From a virus: 64,000 bases of DNA. The stretch is taken from positions 88,441-152,440 of the IMG/VR virus record IMGVR_UViG_3300035210_000189, one strand, 5' to 3'. Below are positions 17,750 to 27,592 of the stretch, one piece after another. The position numbers were made by a program, and so were the translations under genes. The notes under the pieces were generated by a model. It worked only from the letters and a program-made list of their open reading frames with translations. It was not told the origin of the DNA and made no database searches. The number at the start of each line of letters is the position of its first letter. Position 1 is the stretch's first letter.

Positions 17750-18270
17750 TAGATTAATACCATATTAGCGAGGGACACTCGTTGTTTAAAAGATTCACTG
17801 GTAAAGTCATAGACTCCTGTGATGTGTATTTCTGGTAAAAGTTCTTCCATGACTTCTTTATGGCCTGTATGTCTTGCCATTAGCACCTTAATGAGATCTT
17901 CTTCCAAAATAGCTCCTAGTCTATGTCTATCACCTTCATGATGACGCCTTCCTGTTTTACTGTAAACAAAAGACGTTCTCACGAAGTTTAGATCTTGATC
18001 AAAGAGAATGCTGAGATTTTTTGTGAAGTTTTTATTATGAAAAGAAAAGTGAAGTCTTTTAAGTTCAAACTCATCAGAAAATGAAGCACTGCAGACTTCA
18101 TTCAAACCATTAAAAGATAAACCTGTTTTAATATCAAGATTTTTTATTTCTTTATGTTTGGTATAAATATCAAATTTTTCTTTCGCCAATGACACAAGAC
18201 GAATAACCAGTCCCGTTTTATTGACGGTCAGGAAATTTGAAATAACGGGAGCATTTACCATAGATAACAC
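17749..18270 (-). CDS. family-B protein (LPE...YDF...MxxI)
   Basis: Ends LLPEIHITGVYDFTSESFKQRVSLANMVLI. Confidence 0.75.
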   Translation of the reverse strand: MLSMVNAPVISNFLTVNKTGLVIRLVSLAKEKFDIYTKHKEIKNLDIKTGLSFNGLNEVCSASFSDEFELKRLHFSFHNKNFTKNLSILFDQDLNFVRTSFVYSKTGRRHHEGDRHRLGAILEEDLIKVLMARHTGHKEVMEELLPEIHITGVYDFTSESFKQRVSLANMVLI

Positions 18271-18317
18271 CTTTTAATAGTAATCGTCAGTTTATCACAA
18301 TTAAGCAAAGATAATCA

Positions 18318-18454
18318 AGCATTATCAATAGACCGTCAGTTGATTTCACCTATGATAAGAATATCCGTGCAGTCTTCATTGAGCATTATCAATAGACCGT
18401 CGGTTGATTTCACCTATAATAAGAATATCCGTACAGTCTTCATTGAGCATTATC
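18318..18454. repeat. 64-bp tandem direct repeat (2 copies + 9 bp)
   Basis: AGCATTATC starts at 18318, 18382 and 18446; 3 mismatches between copies. Confidence 0.95.
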
Positions 18455-18520
18455 TTTAAATAAGTCTTGTGGTGGATTGATAAAAGCATTATAATGAGCC
18501 ATCTTAAATTATGAAGGATA

Positions 18521-19075
18521 ATGAAAATGCCCCCTGTTATGAAGCTTAAAAAAGATGACCTATTCGTTGTGACCACTGACATTGCTGGTTCGGCTATCAA
18601 GGCTGGTCATATTGTATTTGTCCATAAAGGTGGTGCTAATCCGATTATGGCACGCTTCGATGAGGTTACTAGTAAAACGGTTTCTTACAAGAAAGAAGCC
18701 ACTGCACACTTCATGAAATACCTTCGTCCAGCGACAGCCGCTGACATCAAGGGCGATTTTGCTGATTGTGTCATTTTGAAGAATGATGAACATGAAACCC
18801 ATCGTGGTGTTGCTTTCAATACCGTAGTAGGAATTAATAAAAAACCTGTCTTTGCTATTGCTAACACAGGTGTGGGCGGTATGACGACTGTTGAGCTTCA
18901 TGATACAGACAAAGCCACAGAAATCATGGAAAAGTTTCGTCAACTGTTGAATGCACATTCGACGACTGGCAAAGATGACTTGGATGAATTCGTTTACGAA
19001 GGCTTTGTAAACTTCCTTATGCATGACAGCAAAATCATGAATGTCGAAACTTACGTCAAGTATCGTTACACCTGA
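18521..19075 (+). CDS. hypothetical protein
   Basis: AAGGA SD; terminator follows. Confidence 0.7.
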   Translation: MKMPPVMKLKKDDLFVVTTDIAGSAIKAGHIVFVHKGGANPIMARFDEVTSKTVSYKKEATAHFMKYLRPATAADIKGDFADCVILKNDEHETHRGVAFNTVVGINKKPVFAIANTGVGGMTTVELHDTDKATEIMEKFRQLLNAHSTTGKDDLDEFVYEGFVNFLMHDSKIMNVETYVKYRYT

Positions 19076-19244
19076 TAATCGGCTATTATTCTGCCAAAAA
19101 ATAGGATGTCTACGGATGTCCTTTTTTTCATCAACCACATAAATCCGTTTTAGCCACATACCATGATGTTATATTATCTTAACTTTTCGTTGATCTATAT
19201 CAATAAATAGTGTATAATTCTAATATCATTAAGGTGCCTAAATT

Positions 19245-20243
19245 ATGCATAGCTTCCATTCTCATCACTCTCACGACGAACATGCCCACGACACGGTGAA
19301 CGTGGCAAACCATGATCATTGTCCTAGTCTCCACATTCATGAAATCAATAAGCAAAAATCCAGTGGCCGCAAAAAGCTTGCCATTATTATGGGTATTACC
19401 TTTGCTTTTGCGATTGTTGAAATGATTGGTGGTTGGTTTTCTGGTTCATTGGCTTTGATTTCTGACGCATTCCATATGTTAACCGACTCATCTTCACTGA
19501 TGTTGGCTTTAATTATGGCAATTCTTGCCCAAAAGCCCGCCGATGATAGATATTCCTATGGACATGGACGTTGGGAGATTATCGGGGCATTACTGAATGG
19601 TTTATTCATGATTGCAGTGATTGTCTTCTTGGTCTATGAAGGCATTGAACGTATTATTAATCCAAGGCCCGTTGAATCGACTACCATTATTTGGATTGCT
19701 TCCATTGGATTGGCTATCAATATCTTTGCAGCATGGTTATTGCACTCACACAGCCACTCATTAAACACCCGAGGTGCCTTTCTCCATGTGCTTGGTGATT
19801 TACTGGGTAGCGTTGCCGCTATTGCTGCAGGTGTAATTATTTATTTCACTGGCATGACCGTCTTTGACCCGATTATTTCTATTGTGGTTGCTCTTATTTT
19901 GGTTGTTCCTACTTACAACTTGTTGAAACAAACAGCCAGAATTATCTTAGAAGGCGTGCCAGAACATATTGATTATGTCGAAGTTGGTAAAAATTTGAAT
20001 GAAATTCCTAATGTTATCTCTGTCCATGACCTCCATATTTGGTCTATGACTTCTGAACATATCTCATTGTCTGCACACGTTGAAATTTCTAGCATGAATG
20101 AATGGGAAACAGTATTAGCTGATATTCAATTGATGTTATCTGAGAAGTTTCAGATTAATCACATAACCTTACAACCCGAAGTACATAAAGAAGATTTAGA
20201 AAACAATCATGATGAAGTTGACGAACATCATCACGCTCATTAA
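19245..20243 (+). CDS. cation diffusion facilitator (ZitB/CzcD-type Zn/Co/Cd exporter)
   Basis: SLALISDAFHMLTD, HVLGDLLGS, VHDLHIW, HITLQPE; His-rich termini. Confidence 0.95.
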   Translation: MHSFHSHHSHDEHAHDTVNVANHDHCPSLHIHEINKQKSSGRKKLAIIMGITFAFAIVEMIGGWFSGSLALISDAFHMLTDSSSLMLALIMAILAQKPADDRYSYGHGRWEIIGALLNGLFMIAVIVFLVYEGIERIINPRPVESTTIIWIASIGLAINIFAAWLLHSHSHSLNTRGAFLHVLGDLLGSVAAIAAGVIIYFTGMTVFDPIISIVVALILVVPTYNLLKQTARIILEGVPEHIDYVEVGKNLNEIPNVISVHDLHIWSMTSEHISLSAHVEISSMNEWETVLADIQLMLSEKFQINHITLQPEVHKEDLENNHDEVDEHHHAH

Positions 20244-20308
20244 ATAACGCTTTTAACTGTCCGTTTTTTGTGATATAATCGCTGTATTATCAATAACGGA
20301 CTTTTAAC

Positions 20309-20587
20309 ATGAACCTTTTGAAATACTTGTTTGACTGGAACAACCACCCAATCCGCATTCTTTATGTTCTCATTCCCATTGTTATCCTTAAATTTGGCTA
20401 TTTACTGGCCTATTCCATTGCACAGATTAATGTAAATAACGATTGGCTTCCACTGTCAGTGACCATACTTGGTTTTATTATTCTGACGGTTTGTGTATGG
20501 CCTCTATTTAAGATTATTCGTGATAAGGAAGCCGAAAACAAATTAAAAGAACAGCATAAAAAAGATGAAAATGATCAAAAAAATTGA
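20309..20587 (+). CDS. small membrane protein
   Basis: Two TM segments. Confidence 0.65.
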   Translation: MNLLKYLFDWNNHPIRILYVLIPIVILKFGYLLAYSIAQINVNNDWLPLSVTILGFIILTVCVWPLFKIIRDKEAENKLKEQHKKDENDQKN

Positions 20588-20680
20588 CCTTTTTATTTTT
20601 AATTGATATACTAACTACCTAAATTAAACAGATAGATCTGTTTAACAATTAACAGCCTGCAACATCTTGGAGTTTATTAA

Positions 20681-21013
20681 ATGACTAACGCTACTATTAA
20701 AATTGATAACAAAGAAATATCTACACTGGCGGCAGAATGGCTTGATGCTATTGAAACCATTCCAAACGAAAGTATTTATTCAAAAATGAAAGTTCGTGAA
20801 GAGTCCATGAATTTGTGGAATATGTTCCGCAACAACTGTGATGTGCTGGTTAATGGCGATGTTTCCATTGTTGTGACCGAAGTTGACATCATGCAAAAAT
20901 CGAAGGCGTATGCGGTGTTTGTTCACTCTCTGCCAGAAAACATTCGAGAGTTGTTTAATAGCAAGTTTGAAAACTTTTGGGACGCTGTTTGCACCCATAT
21001 GGTTCTAAAATAA
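20681..21013 (+). CDS. hypothetical protein
   Basis: Promoter and GGAG SD. Confidence 0.7.
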   Translation: MTNATIKIDNKEISTLAAEWLDAIETIPNESIYSKMKVREESMNLWNMFRNNCDVLVNGDVSIVVTEVDIMQKSKAYAVFVHSLPENIRELFNSKFENFWDAVCTHMVLK

Positions 21014-21047
21014 AATAGAACTCGAAAAAAAAGCCTCTTCGGAGGCT

Positions 21048-21950
21048 TTATTTTTTGAAGATTAAATCTAATTGACCTTCATAATCATTGATGTTAGGCA
21101 ACCCATCACAATTGTAATCAGCATTGAAACTACTGCCAATGTTTGAGAAGTATCTTTTTTCCATTACACACTCATAATCTTTTGGTGATTTTGTTGTTCT
21201 TACAACGACTACATTAGGGACATTGAGTAAGGTAGTGGAATGCACACCGTCCATTCTAAATTTCAAAGTTTGCGTTAAGCTTTCAATGATATAGTTTTCT
21301 GGATATACATCGTTTTCTTGATTTCTTGTTGAACCATTACCTTTATAGATGTCTCTTTGGGATTTATACACGTCATCACTGTAATCAAAATCAATAGAAA
21401 TGTTCAAGTTACCTACTGAGCTTGCTAATTCTGTTGTGTTTGTTACCATTGTGATGTCTTTATTCTTATTCACACCTGTATATTCAACTGAATATCTTTT
21501 ATGGTTTCCACTTTCTATCAGTGGTGGATTAGTTTTCAGTTCAAATGATATCACTGGTGCCGAGTATGCTGGTTTGTTTTCAACCATTTCATAGTTTTCA
21601 TTAGGTAGTAACGACTTTAATGCTAAACTTGTTTTTGTTTTTTCCATGTCTGATATAATAACTCTTCTCAGTGGTGGCGTAAAACTGTCATCAATAGTAT
21701 AACGTCTACCTTGTAAAAGCTTCTGTTCCTTCTGTCTATACAACTCAGGATCAATTTTGTCGATAGCGGTACTTAGCACTTCATCTTCAATACCCACAAA
21801 AGAGTCTTTCTTTACTGTTTCAACGGTTTCAACTGGTTTTGCATGATTGATACCTTCAATTTCAACTTCTTTCTCTTTGCTGATGCTGTAATATAAAACA
21901 CCCGCTACAATTATTACTGGTACCCATATTAACACGTCCTTCTTTGCCAT
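21048..21950 (-). CDS. N-terminally anchored membrane protein
   Basis: Single N-terminal TM segment; 300 aa. Confidence 0.7.
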   Translation of the reverse strand: MAKKDVLIWVPVIIVAGVLYYSISKEKEVEIEGINHAKPVETVETVKKDSFVGIEDEVLSTAIDKIDPELYRQKEQKLLQGRRYTIDDSFTPPLRRVIISDMEKTKTSLALKSLLPNENYEMVENKPAYSAPVISFELKTNPPLIESGNHKRYSVEYTGVNKNKDITMVTNTTELASSVGNLNISIDFDYSDDVYKSQRDIYKGNGSTRNQENDVYPENYIIESLTQTLKFRMDGVHSTTLLNVPNVVVVRTTKSPKDYECVMEKRYFSNIGSSFNADYNCDGLPNINDYEGQLDLIFKK

Positions 21951-22253
21951 CTTAAATTCCTATATGTGCTCTTTAAATAAGACCATATATTCATTATAAT
22001 GTCAATATATTCTTATTTATATAAAGTCATTTTTGAGCATTATATTAGTCATTAAATGGTATGATTTGCAATAAAACTGTCATCTTATAAATTTAACTTT
22101 TCTTATTTAATTGAGGATTAACGATATAATTGCTTTTGATGGTTATTAAACGATTACTTATTGAAAATATTTTTAAATTTATTTTTGTTTAATTGGCGAT
22201 ATATACCATTTATTAAATTTAAAGCAAAAAAAAGAGCCATCAGGCTCTTTGTT

Positions 22254-22511
22254 TTACTGTTTTGGTATATAGACTGGAACGGGTAATGTTTTACCATCGA
22301 AGCAACGATGTGGGCCAGCCAAATGCCAAACCTTTTCGTCATCTTGTGTTCCAATGTATTCACAATTTTCTATCTGGAATTTCTTATAGCTGAAACCATA
22401 ACCTGTCGTCTGCAACTTATTATCACCGAAGCTGCTGTCATTGACGGCGTTAGCACAACCTGTTAACAAAATACTGCCTGCGATCAAAACTCCATACATT
22501 AACTTATTCAT
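22254..22511 (-). CDS. lipoprotein
   Basis: Lipobox LTGC; AAGGAG SD. Confidence 0.75.
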   Translation of the reverse strand: MNKLMYGVLIAGSILLTGCANAVNDSSFGDNKLQTTGYGFSYKKFQIENCEYIGTQDDEKVWHLAGPHRCFDGKTLPVPVYIPKQ

Positions 22512-22621
22512 TGAAACTCCTTTTAGTCGTTAACAACTTTATATTACAATTAAAGAATTAAGTCAACTACTAATCAAAGTTTTAATGAACATTTTCAATG
22601 ATATATTGTTAATAACAGTCT

Positions 22622-23068
22622 TTAACTAACGACTTTTTGAGACTTGCGAAGTTCTTTCAGTTTATGCTCAATCTTGCCTTTTTCGAAATTACAATCCATG
22701 CACATCGTTTGTGTATTGGCGATATTGTCAGCCCCACCCAGAGAACGAGCTAAAATGTGATCATGCGTCATTAATACTTGTTGTCCATTATCACGAACAG
22801 CCCACAAGTTAATATGATACTTTGCATCCATATGATGTCGTTCCATTGCAAAGAATGCACCCTTAACACCACAATCAACACATTCGATACCATGTGTTGC
22901 AAATGTGCGAAGACGAAGTGAAGACAGTTTAATTGGTTCGCCATCAAAAGAAATACGTTTATCACGCTCTTTGTATTCAATCCCAGTAGAACCGTCATTG
23001 TGTTCTCGGATAGCTTTGAGTGTTTTTTCAATGTCGCACTTTTTCAGTCGAACATAGTTAGTAGCCAT
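22622..23068 (-). CDS. HNH endonuclease-family protein
   Basis: CVDC...THDHILARSLGGADNIANTQTMCMDCN. Confidence 0.85.
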   Translation of the reverse strand: MATNYVRLKKCDIEKTLKAIREHNDGSTGIEYKERDKRISFDGEPIKLSSLRLRTFATHGIECVDCGVKGAFFAMERHHMDAKYHINLWAVRDNGQQVLMTHDHILARSLGGADNIANTQTMCMDCNFEKGKIEHKLKELRKSQKVVS

Positions 23069-23166
23069 GAATTGTGTTCCTTTAATTTGTTCAATTAAAC
23101 AATTATAACAAAAAACTGGCCGTTAAGCCAGTGATTAATGAACAAAAAATCGCCATCAGGCGACTT

Positions 23167-23514
23167 TTAAGGTTTTGCTGGTTTCCATCTTGGATTTACA
23201 TCTTCAAGCTTACTTTCAGTGATAGTTTTAGGCTTGTAAGATTCAGTTATGAATGCACCCATTTCCTTGCCGTCAAGTTTGTAATTAGTTTTGTTCGCTA
23301 CTTTTTCAGCGTCAACTTTGTATTCTTGTCCTCTGAATTCAACTCTTGCAGCAACTACTGGACTTTTTTCATCGTATTTCAAGCCATCAATTTTGACTTT
23401 TCCTACTTCAATAGCACCTGTTTGAAGATCAACCAAGCATTCTTTCTGGATGTTTTTACCATCGGCTCTTGTTTCAACAAATGAAGCCTTCTTTTTAACG
23501 TCAGTCTCTTTCAT
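23167..23514 (-). CDS. hypothetical protein with basic KP tail
   Basis: 115 aa; ends RWKPAKP. Confidence 0.65.
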   Translation of the reverse strand: MKETDVKKKASFVETRADGKNIQKECLVDLQTGAIEVGKVKIDGLKYDEKSPVVAARVEFRGQEYKVDAEKVANKTNYKLDGKEMGAFITESYKPKTITESKLEDVNPRWKPAKP

Positions 23515-23630
23515 TTTTCAATCTCTTGTTTTTTATCATTATAGCATATTTAAAATATTCCTCAAATCACCTTGCCGATTTTTTACGTTTCTGTTATAAT
23601 CCATTCATTAAATCACATGAGGCTTTACCC

Positions 23631-24119
23631 ATGAATACTGTACGTCTTGAAGTCGTTATTAATGCCTTTCAAAATATTCCTGATCTTGCTCCCAGTGACA
23701 TTGAAAGCTTAGGAATTGTCTTGGATATGGTGGCCCGTAAGAATTTTGCGGGTGCATCCTACAGCCTTAAAAATGTTGCGTCCGCTCGACACTTCTATCC
23801 AGAAGAATATCGTGTGCATATTGCTTTTTGTAAAGCGATTAAGCTTGAATTGATGGCTCTTGGCAAAGAACATTATCATCAAGAAATTGCTAAACGCATT
23901 GATTTTCTTTTTAATAGCACTTATTTCACGCCTGACATGCCGGTTTTGCTTCCAGCACTCAGCTATGACAGTAAAAAAGTGTTGAATGTTGAAAAACTTG
24001 AAGAAGCTGTTGCTTTTTATGATAACCGTAAAGAAGAATTTGATCCTGTTATTTCTCGTATTCTTCAAGAAATTGATGTTAATCATAACTTGATGAAAAA
24101 TTATTTGAAGGATGTCTAA
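23631..24119 (+). CDS. hypothetical protein (distant paralog of 42461 and 43669)
   Basis: GAGG SD; similar length and helical pattern. Confidence 0.65.
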   Translation: MNTVRLEVVINAFQNIPDLAPSDIESLGIVLDMVARKNFAGASYSLKNVASARHFYPEEYRVHIAFCKAIKLELMALGKEHYHQEIAKRIDFLFNSTYFTPDMPVLLPALSYDSKKVLNVEKLEEAVAFYDNRKEEFDPVISRILQEIDVNHNLMKNYLKDV

Positions 24120-24570
24120 TATGGATATCACCACACAAAAACTTAAGGCACAGCATCTTAAAAGTTTAAATGAAGCTCTTGTGATTGCTGAAACCATCGC
24201 AAAAGAACGAACGTCAAACATTTGTTTTTATGCAGGATCGAATCGGGTTGAAATGAATCGGATGATTGCTGCCAACAATGCAGAGTGTTCAAAGTTTAAT
24301 GCCGTCTATGGCAAATTCTTTGACCATTTTGAAGCTCAATTTCTGGATGATGTTGATATTGAGCCGTTTACACAAGAAGACATTAAAAATATGGAGCAGT
24401 TGTTTCAAATTAAAATTGATTCCATGAATAAAGCCAAAGATGACTTAATGCGTTACAGCACTGACAATATGGTGTCTTTCAGTGTTTCCACAGAAGTCAG
24501 TCGAATTACATTTGTGTTTAAAGATATTGTTGATATTATTAAAGAACATTACATGGCTAAACATGAATAA
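24112..24570 (+). CDS. hypothetical protein
   Basis: Overlaps both neighbours (operon). Confidence 0.65.
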   Translation: MSNMDITTQKLKAQHLKSLNEALVIAETIAKERTSNICFYAGSNRVEMNRMIAANNAECSKFNAVYGKFFDHFEAQFLDDVDIEPFTQEDIKNMEQLFQIKIDSMNKAKDDLMRYSTDNMVSFSVSTEVSRITFVFKDIVDIIKEHYMAKHE

Positions 24571-25111
24571 AAATATTGAAAAAATAAAAAGACAGATGAA
24601 TAAACCCCTAGCAAGCAATGGTGTGTCCCTTGTTCGCTGGGGTGGGTTAACGATGGTTCGCCAGAAAGGGAACTATGGTCGATATACATTCCATGCGGCA
24701 CCAGAACGCTATGGTTTTTATGCTTTCTTATTTCCATTTATTGATTTATTCCTTATCAGTTCCACTAAAAAAACTGAGTTTAATGCTGGTGTTCGTAAAG
24801 AATTTCATGCGATTGGTGGTGTTATCTGGACGCATATCAAGCCGGATGACGCTTCGATGATTCTTGATGTTCATGGGGATTGGTTTAAAGTTGATGTCTC
24901 TAATTTGAACAAGATGGTTCAGAAGGCATTTGCGGTTGAAAGCTCTGTTGTTCAATCGGATTACTTCTTTGAAAATCACGAAACAAGAACCCCTTGGAAA
25001 TGCTATGAAGGCAAAGAATTAAAGGTTCAAAGGGTCAATGCTTATGGTGGTTATGGCCGTATGACTGACAATTTGGAGGTTTTTGTTTGCCGTGATACCA
25101 AGATTTCTTAA
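24563..25111 (+). CDS. hypothetical protein
   Basis: Coupled start at 24563. Confidence 0.65.
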   Translation: MNKNIEKIKRQMNKPLASNGVSLVRWGGLTMVRQKGNYGRYTFHAAPERYGFYAFLFPFIDLFLISSTKKTEFNAGVRKEFHAIGGVIWTHIKPDDASMILDVHGDWFKVDVSNLNKMVQKAFAVESSVVQSDYFFENHETRTPWKCYEGKELKVQRVNAYGGYGRMTDNLEVFVCRDTKIS

Positions 25112-25198
25112 TTTTTTCTATAAAAGTGATGAACGCTATTGTCTGTTTATAGATTTTTTGCTATAATACACTCAATCAAACAGAAAAGAGAGTTTACT

Positions 25199-25513
25199 AT
25201 GAACGGCTTCCATGTTTTTGATCTAACATCGGCACTCTTTGACACACCTACTCCACAACCAGACGTGTATCTTGAAGTGCGTCTTCAATTTAATAGCAAC
25301 CAAGAAATCGAAACTGTTAACTTTCAAAGCTTGAATGTTTTCAACTTTGTTGCTGATTCTGTAACTGTTCTTCGTTGGAAACACATTTCCGAACTGGATG
25401 GTGAAAAAGACCTTTTGAGTGATGGCACCAGTTTGGACAGCATGAATAACTACTTTTCTGAACTTGAAGCTAATGCTCGGAAAGCTGAGAAAGCTGCAAA
25501 AAACAAACGCTAA
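25199..25513 (+). CDS. hypothetical protein
   Basis: Promoter and SD. Confidence 0.65.
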   Translation: MNGFHVFDLTSALFDTPTPQPDVYLEVRLQFNSNQEIETVNFQSLNVFNFVADSVTVLRWKHISELDGEKDLLSDGTSLDSMNNYFSELEANARKAEKAAKNKR

Positions 25514-25526
25514 GAAGGAATATATT

Positions 25527-25721
25527 ATGACGCCTGAACAACGTATCCTGCATGGTCAACGTGAAAGCGACGATGATGGCTTTACTTATGTCGCTGGTAA
25601 GCACAAAGCTGGTCGTGTTAAACGCACTCGTAACCGCAACTCGACTGCTCGCAATATGCGGAATGACAAGCGTTCTGTTAAAGCCGCTGAAATGAAACGC
25701 ATGTTGAAAGAATCTTTCTAA
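25527..25721 (+). CDS. small Arg/Lys-rich protein
   Basis: AAGGA SD; 64 aa. Confidence 0.7.
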   Translation: MTPEQRILHGQRESDDDGFTYVAGKHKAGRVKRTRNRNSTARNMRNDKRSVKAAEMKRMLKESF

Positions 25722-25778
25722 ATACAAGGCTTTCGGGCCTTGTTCTTTTCCCATTATTATTTTATTGAGGTTTTCTTT

Positions 25779-26303
25779 ATGGAACTTACAGCTTCTCAGG
25801 TTGAACAAAAAATCCCAAAACGTCAAAAACAGGTTTCTACCTTTGTAGATACAGTTATTAATCCTTTAACTGCAGACGAACGTCAGCAATATGAATCTGT
25901 TGACATGCAAGCTTCTACAATGCCTTTGTTTTCAGTGACAGAAGGTGAACACAATTACATTTATTCTTTCAATCGCCTTGTTTCACAGATTAATGCTGAG
26001 ATTAAGTCACGAAAAGACTTTTTTGAAAAACAACTGACGATTTTTGTCTGCCCGATTTTGATTGCTGTCTTTGTTAAGGTGCTAAATTATTTCAATCAAA
26101 CTATTGAACCTACCAACACCTTCAATTTTATGCTTGGACTTCTTTTTGCTGTTGGTGTATACTGCACTGCACAAACGATTTATCGCCATCCATTCAAAGC
26201 CATTAAGAAACTGAAAGCTATCAAAAAAATGGTCTTTGATAGCAGCCCAGACTATCTTGCTGAACTTGAAGCAGCGGCGAAGAAACCAGTTATCAATATT
26301 TAA
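25779..26303 (+). CDS. 2-TM membrane protein, paralog 1 of 3
   Basis: PLFSV.EG..NYIYSF; ends KKPVINI. Confidence 0.75.
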   Translation: MELTASQVEQKIPKRQKQVSTFVDTVINPLTADERQQYESVDMQASTMPLFSVTEGEHNYIYSFNRLVSQINAEIKSRKDFFEKQLTIFVCPILIAVFVKVLNYFNQTIEPTNTFNFMLGLLFAVGVYCTAQTIYRHPFKAIKKLKAIKKMVFDSSPDYLAELEAAAKKPVINI

Positions 26304-26360
26304 TTTTAGACAAGGCTTTCGAGCCTTGTTTTAACTCATATTCTTCCGTAGAGGTTTATT

Positions 26361-26870
26361 ATGTCAAAAAACATCGCTGTTACTGAAATTCCGGTTGAAT
26401 CAAAAGAAGTTAGATCCTTCATGCTGTCTGATATTAAAGTACTTTCAGACACTGACCGTGCTGGTATTGACCAATTGGCTGCTGTTAAAGTCAAAGAGCC
26501 TCTGTTTTCGGTTGTGGAAGGTGATAGAAATTATATTTACTCGTTTTCTAAGGTTTTTGCGGGAATTAAAAAAGAACATGCAAAATTGAAAGATCGAAAG
26601 TTTAATATGATTATGTGTTGTGTTATTAGTCTGATTGTTGCTAGTGGCTGTCTTTTGTTTTTAAAATTTAATGGCCCTTCTCCAAATTCTGATATCTTGG
26701 GCGTTGGTGCCTCTTTTATTTTCATTGTTTGCTTGTGGGATTTGATTACAACCCGTTATACAAAAATGATTAACAATCTTAATGACAAGAAAACCTATGT
26801 GTTAACTGAAAGTCAGGACTATCTGCAACAACTCAAAAAAGAAGTTCAAAAACCAGTACTCATTATCTAA
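26361..26870 (+). CDS. 2-TM membrane protein, paralog 2 of 3
   Basis: PLFSVVEGDRNYIYSF; ends QKPVLII. Confidence 0.75.
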   Translation: MSKNIAVTEIPVESKEVRSFMLSDIKVLSDTDRAGIDQLAAVKVKEPLFSVVEGDRNYIYSFSKVFAGIKKEHAKLKDRKFNMIMCCVISLIVASGCLLFLKFNGPSPNSDILGVGASFIFIVCLWDLITTRYTKMINNLNDKKTYVLTESQDYLQQLKKEVQKPVLII

Positions 26871-26931
26871 CCAATGTTTTAAAATAGCTTAAATATTTAG
26901 CACTCCACGAATCTTATTGAGGTTTATATCC

Positions 26932-27456
26932 ATGAAAGAAGTTACCGAACAGTCAATTGAACAAGTTATTCCAGAACCAACGCCCGAAATCCACTCGTTT
27001 GTTGGGTATAACATTCAGTTGCTCAGTGAGCTAGATCGTGAACTTTATGCTGACTTAGAGAATTTGGATGATAAAGAACCTTTGCTTTCTGTTTCTAATG
27101 GTGAACGCAATTATATTTATTCTTTCACAAAGGCGGTGAAAGCAATTGAAAAAGAAATCCTGTCAATAGAAAACAGTTTTTGGGGAGCCGTGGGGGCTAT
27201 TTTTTGTGCTTTACTGCTCTCTATTTTTGTTTTTTTATTGCTCTTTGGTGGAAAAGGTAGTGTTCATGAGTTAGCACCAGTTTTGGGAGTCTGTCTTGTT
27301 GCCGTAGTTATTTGTTCAATTGTTCATTTGGTTAAGTTTAAATACCTTAAAAAAATTAAAGAACTTAAACAGAAAAAAACCTTAGTTTTCACTTATGGTC
27401 AAGATTACATTAAAACTAAAAAAGAAGAATATAAAAAGCCAGTGGTTGTTGTTTGA
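26932..27456 (+). CDS. 2-TM membrane protein, paralog 3 of 3
   Basis: PLLSVSNGERNYIYSF; ends KKPVVVV. Confidence 0.75.
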   Translation: MKEVTEQSIEQVIPEPTPEIHSFVGYNIQLLSELDRELYADLENLDDKEPLLSVSNGERNYIYSFTKAVKAIEKEILSIENSFWGAVGAIFCALLLSIFVFLLLFGGKGSVHELAPVLGVCLVAVVICSIVHLVKFKYLKKIKELKQKKTLVFTYGQDYIKTKKEEYKKPVVVV

Positions 27457-27592
27457 TTTTATTGCTTACTTTTCAAAGCCACTTCGGTGGCTTTTTTATT
27501 AACTAAATTTATTGAAAATTGATCCCTTATGCCTTTGTGGTTGATTTTTTTTATATTTTGTGTTAAACTCAAATACTATTTGGAGTTCCTTT

